From: Myxococcota bacterium
GTDB taxonomy: Bacteria > Myxococcota_A > UBA9160 > UBA6930
Assembly (NCBI GenBank): GCA_965223415.1
Contig: OZ245002.1
Span: 1,568,001-1,632,000 of the forward strand
Length of the DNA stretch: 64,000 nt
Direction of reading: 5' to 3'
The position numbers and the translations under genes are program-made. Position 1 is the stretch's first letter; each line of letters begins with the position of its first letter. The notes under the pieces were generated by a model. The model made no database searches and had not been told where the DNA came from. It saw only the letters and a program-made list of their open reading frames with translations. Shown here piece by piece: positions 61,542-64,000 of the stretch.

Positions 61542-61900
61542 TGCATGGTCCTCGTGACTCGCGCAGATCGCGCGGCCACGGATCGCTCCGGTCGCGGGTC
61601 CGGACGATCCGGACGGGTTCCCGTCGCGTGGGTGAGCCCCGGGGATCCGGGCCTCGAGGGGATTCGACGGGAAACAGTGGCTGGCCAGGGCCGAGCCAAG
61701 GGAACCGATCGGAGGCCTCTCAACGACGGAGGCTAACAAGTGTTCCGGATCCGGCCCGGGGAGCCGGAAGCCCCCGGGAACTCAGGCGATTTCCGTCAGC
61801 CCTCGGCCGATGACCAGCCCGAAGCCCTGAGGCCCTCGGGCCTGGGCGCCCGCTCAAGACCTGCCTCCGGCGGTTCGATGCGCTGCTCGGGGAGGCCGCG

Positions 61901-64000
61901 ATGCTTCGATTCACCCGATCTCGGCGCCTGCTCTTGCCTGCGAGCCTCTACCTGGTGCTCGCAACGGCCGGCCTGACGTTTGCGCACCAGGCGGGAGCCC
62001 AGCGCTCGAGTGACGGTGGCGACGACAAGCCGGCGATGGAATGGGTCGCGGACCTGAAATCCCCGACCCCGGGAACCCGCACCCGCGCCACGATCGCCCT
62101 GGCCAAGCTCGAGCCCACCCCGCCCGAGGTGGTCGCCGGGGTCGCCGCACTCCTCGAGCAGGAGAGCTGGTCCGTCCGCGCCCAGGCGCTGATGGTGCTG
62201 GGGAACCTCGGCCCAGAGGCCTCGAGTGCGTTGCCGAGGATCCTGGACGCTCTCCACGACGAGAACGAGCACGTCCGTCGCTCGGCCGCGGGCGCGCTGC
62301 CCAAGGTCCCGGCGCGGACCCACGAGACGCGGCTCGCGCTGGTGGAGATCCTCGCGGCCGAGAACCGCTACCTGCGCACCCAGGCAGGCTACGCCCTGGC
62401 TGCCGTGGGCGACGAGGCGGGAGACGTTGCGCCGGAGCTTGCTCGTCTCGTGACGGGCGACGATCGCCTGGTACGCGAAACGGCCGTCAACGTGCTCGCG
62501 AAGCTTCCCCCCGACGCGGTGGTGCCCGTCCTCATCCCGCTGCTGACCCACGAGGACCGCTCCGTCCGTCAGGGGGCGGCAGGAACGCTGGGCTCCTTCG
62601 GACCGGCGGCGCGGGCCGCAGTCCCGACCCTGGTCGGATTGCTCGACGAGTACCCACACCACCTGATGGCGGTTCACACGCTGGGTCGCATCGGTCCCGG
62701 TGCGAAGGAGTCGATTCCCGCGCTCCTGGCACTCTTCGACAGATCGGATCCCAGCCGCCAGCTGCGGATCGCAGCCGCCCAGGCGCTAGGCGGGATCGGT
62801 CCCGAGCCGCGCGAGGTGCTGCCCCTCTTCCGCGACGAGCTGGCAGCGCAGGAGCTCTCGGAAGCGACCGGGCGCTATCGCACGACGCTCGCTGCGGCGA
62901 TTCTCGAGATGAGCGGTCCCGACGACCCGGCCATCCGGTCCTATGTGAAGCGCCTCGGGCGCGCGGGGAGCAGCTGGATTCCGATGACCCGGGTGGAAGC
63001 GGTCAAAGCCCTCGCCGCCCTCGGTCCCGCAGCGAGCCCGGCGGTGGACTCGCTGCGCTCCTCGCTGCGCGAGGATCGCGAGCCGAAGATCCGCGGCCTC
63101 GCCGCGGAGGCGCTGGGTGGGATCGGCGCAGCGGCGCGCCCGGCCCTGCCGGACCTTCTCGAGGCTCGGACAGACGACGACGAGGAGTACGTCCGCAAGC
63201 GGGCCGACGCCGCCATCGCCAGGATCGAGGCCCGCGGCACCGAGACGGCCCCTCCGGCAGCGGCGGCGAAGTCGACGCCCGGGGCCGAGCGCGCGGAGCG
63301 GCAGAAGGAGATCGCCGCCGACATCGCCGCGCTCGGCGCTTCGGGATCGCGTCAGACGCGAGCCGCCCTCCGGCTGCTCGAGCGCGCTCCCGAGAGCCTT
63401 CCCGCCCTGCACAGGGCCGTACTCTCGCCGGATACCGACGAGGCGGCCCGGGGCCGCCTGATCGCGCTGCTCCTCGACCTCGGCGATCCCCGCTCGGTGG
63501 ACGTCCTCCTCCAGGCGGTGCGGGCCCATCCGCAGGAGCGCGGGCTCCGCATCGACGTCCTGCGTGCGCTGGGCGAGCTGCCCCCGACCGAGGCCTCGTT
63601 CGAGTTCGCGAGACGTACGCTCGTCGACGCCCAGGAGATCCCGCGCGCCAAGCGCCAGGCGCTCCTCTACTTCGCCATGCAGCGCGACGAGCGTGGGCGC
63701 GAGTGGGCTGAGCGCTTCCGGAACAGTCCCGACCTCGACTTGCGTGCGGCCTCGCTCTACCTGGCCGCGTCGATCGGAGACACGACCGCCCTGGAGCCCG
63801 CTACGACGCTCCTTCGCGAGCAGCCGCGATCCTCGATCCGCTACGGCTTGCTGCTGGCCCTGACGGAATTGGTGGATCCGGCGGAGCTCGTGCGGCGCGT
63901 CGAGCCGGAGCAACGGCACGGCGACGCGTACGACAGCGCACTGCGCATCGCGAAGCTGCGGTCCGCCGCGCCGAACGAGCGCGTGGCATTGGCTCGCGAG
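61901..64000 (+). CDS. Secreted HEAT-repeat (PBS lyase-like) protein, runs off the window
   Basis: ATG at 61901 after GGAGG, signal peptide, repeated VR..AA..LG.IGP.A..AVP.L units. Absent from the ORF track because no stop lies within the window. Confidence 0.85.
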   Translation, partial: MLRFTRSRRLLLPASLYLVLATAGLTFAHQAGAQRSSDGGDDKPAMEWVADLKSPTPGTRTRATIALAKLEPTPPEVVAGVAALLEQESWSVRAQALMVLGNLGPEASSALPRILDALHDENEHVRRSAAGALPKVPARTHETRLALVEILAAENRYLRTQAGYALAAVGDEAGDVAPELARLVTGDDRLVRETAVNVLAKLPPDAVVPVLIPLLTHEDRSVRQGAAGTLGSFGPAARAAVPTLVGLLDEYPHHLMAVHTLGRIGPGAKESIPALLALFDRSDPSRQLRIAAAQALGGIGPEPREVLPLFRDELAAQELSEATGRYRTTLAAAILEMSGPDDPAIRSYVKRLGRAGSSWIPMTRVEAVKALAALGPAASPAVDSLRSSLREDREPKIRGLAAEALGGIGAAARPALPDLLEARTDDDEEYVRKRADAAIARIEARGTETAPPAAAAKSTPGAERAERQKEIAADIAALGASGSRQTRAALRLLERAPESLPALHRAVLSPDTDEAARGRLIALLLDLGDPRSVDVLLQAVRAHPQERGLRIDVLRALGELPPTEASFEFARRTLVDAQEIPRAKRQALLYFAMQRDERGREWAERFRNSPDLDLRAASLYLAASIGDTTALEPATTLLREQPRSSIRYGLLLALTELVDPAELVRRVEPEQRHGDAYDSALRIAKLRSAAPNERVALARE

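Overview
A high-GC bacterial window, dense with lipid, aromatic and redox enzymes. The gene content resembles Myxococcota/deltaproteobacterial metagenome genomes, but that placement is an inference. Main signals: (1) Three genes that the ORF track splits or truncates read as intact selenoproteins, each with an in-frame TGA at the catalytic-cysteine position and a SECIS-like hairpin 16-18 nt downstream: a stand-alone PrdB/GrdB-like protein (UPVC), a DsbA/GST-kappa-like protein (UPWA) and a membrane-anchored peroxiredoxin-like protein (UPYC) behind dsbD. (2) A bacterial histone-fold protein with an N-terminal Cys/His zinc finger (ZZ-histone type) lies inside a tRNA region (Ser-UGA ... Ser-GCU, Ser-GGA, Arg-GCG), behind a LolA-like gene and an MMPL-cNMP-TerB fusion. 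(3) One tRNA-Arg has the uncommon GCG anticodon. (4) A complete ethylbenzene/steroid-C25-dehydrogenase-like molybdoenzyme operon carries an extra membrane cytochrome b. (5) An intact IS5-family element with terminal repeats and a CTAG target duplication sits exactly at a stop codon. (6) Several deletion scars and chimeras occur, including an in-frame amidohydrolase-sulfatase fusion. No rRNA, CRISPR array or prophage was seen. All family calls come from motif recognition by eye; no database search was run.
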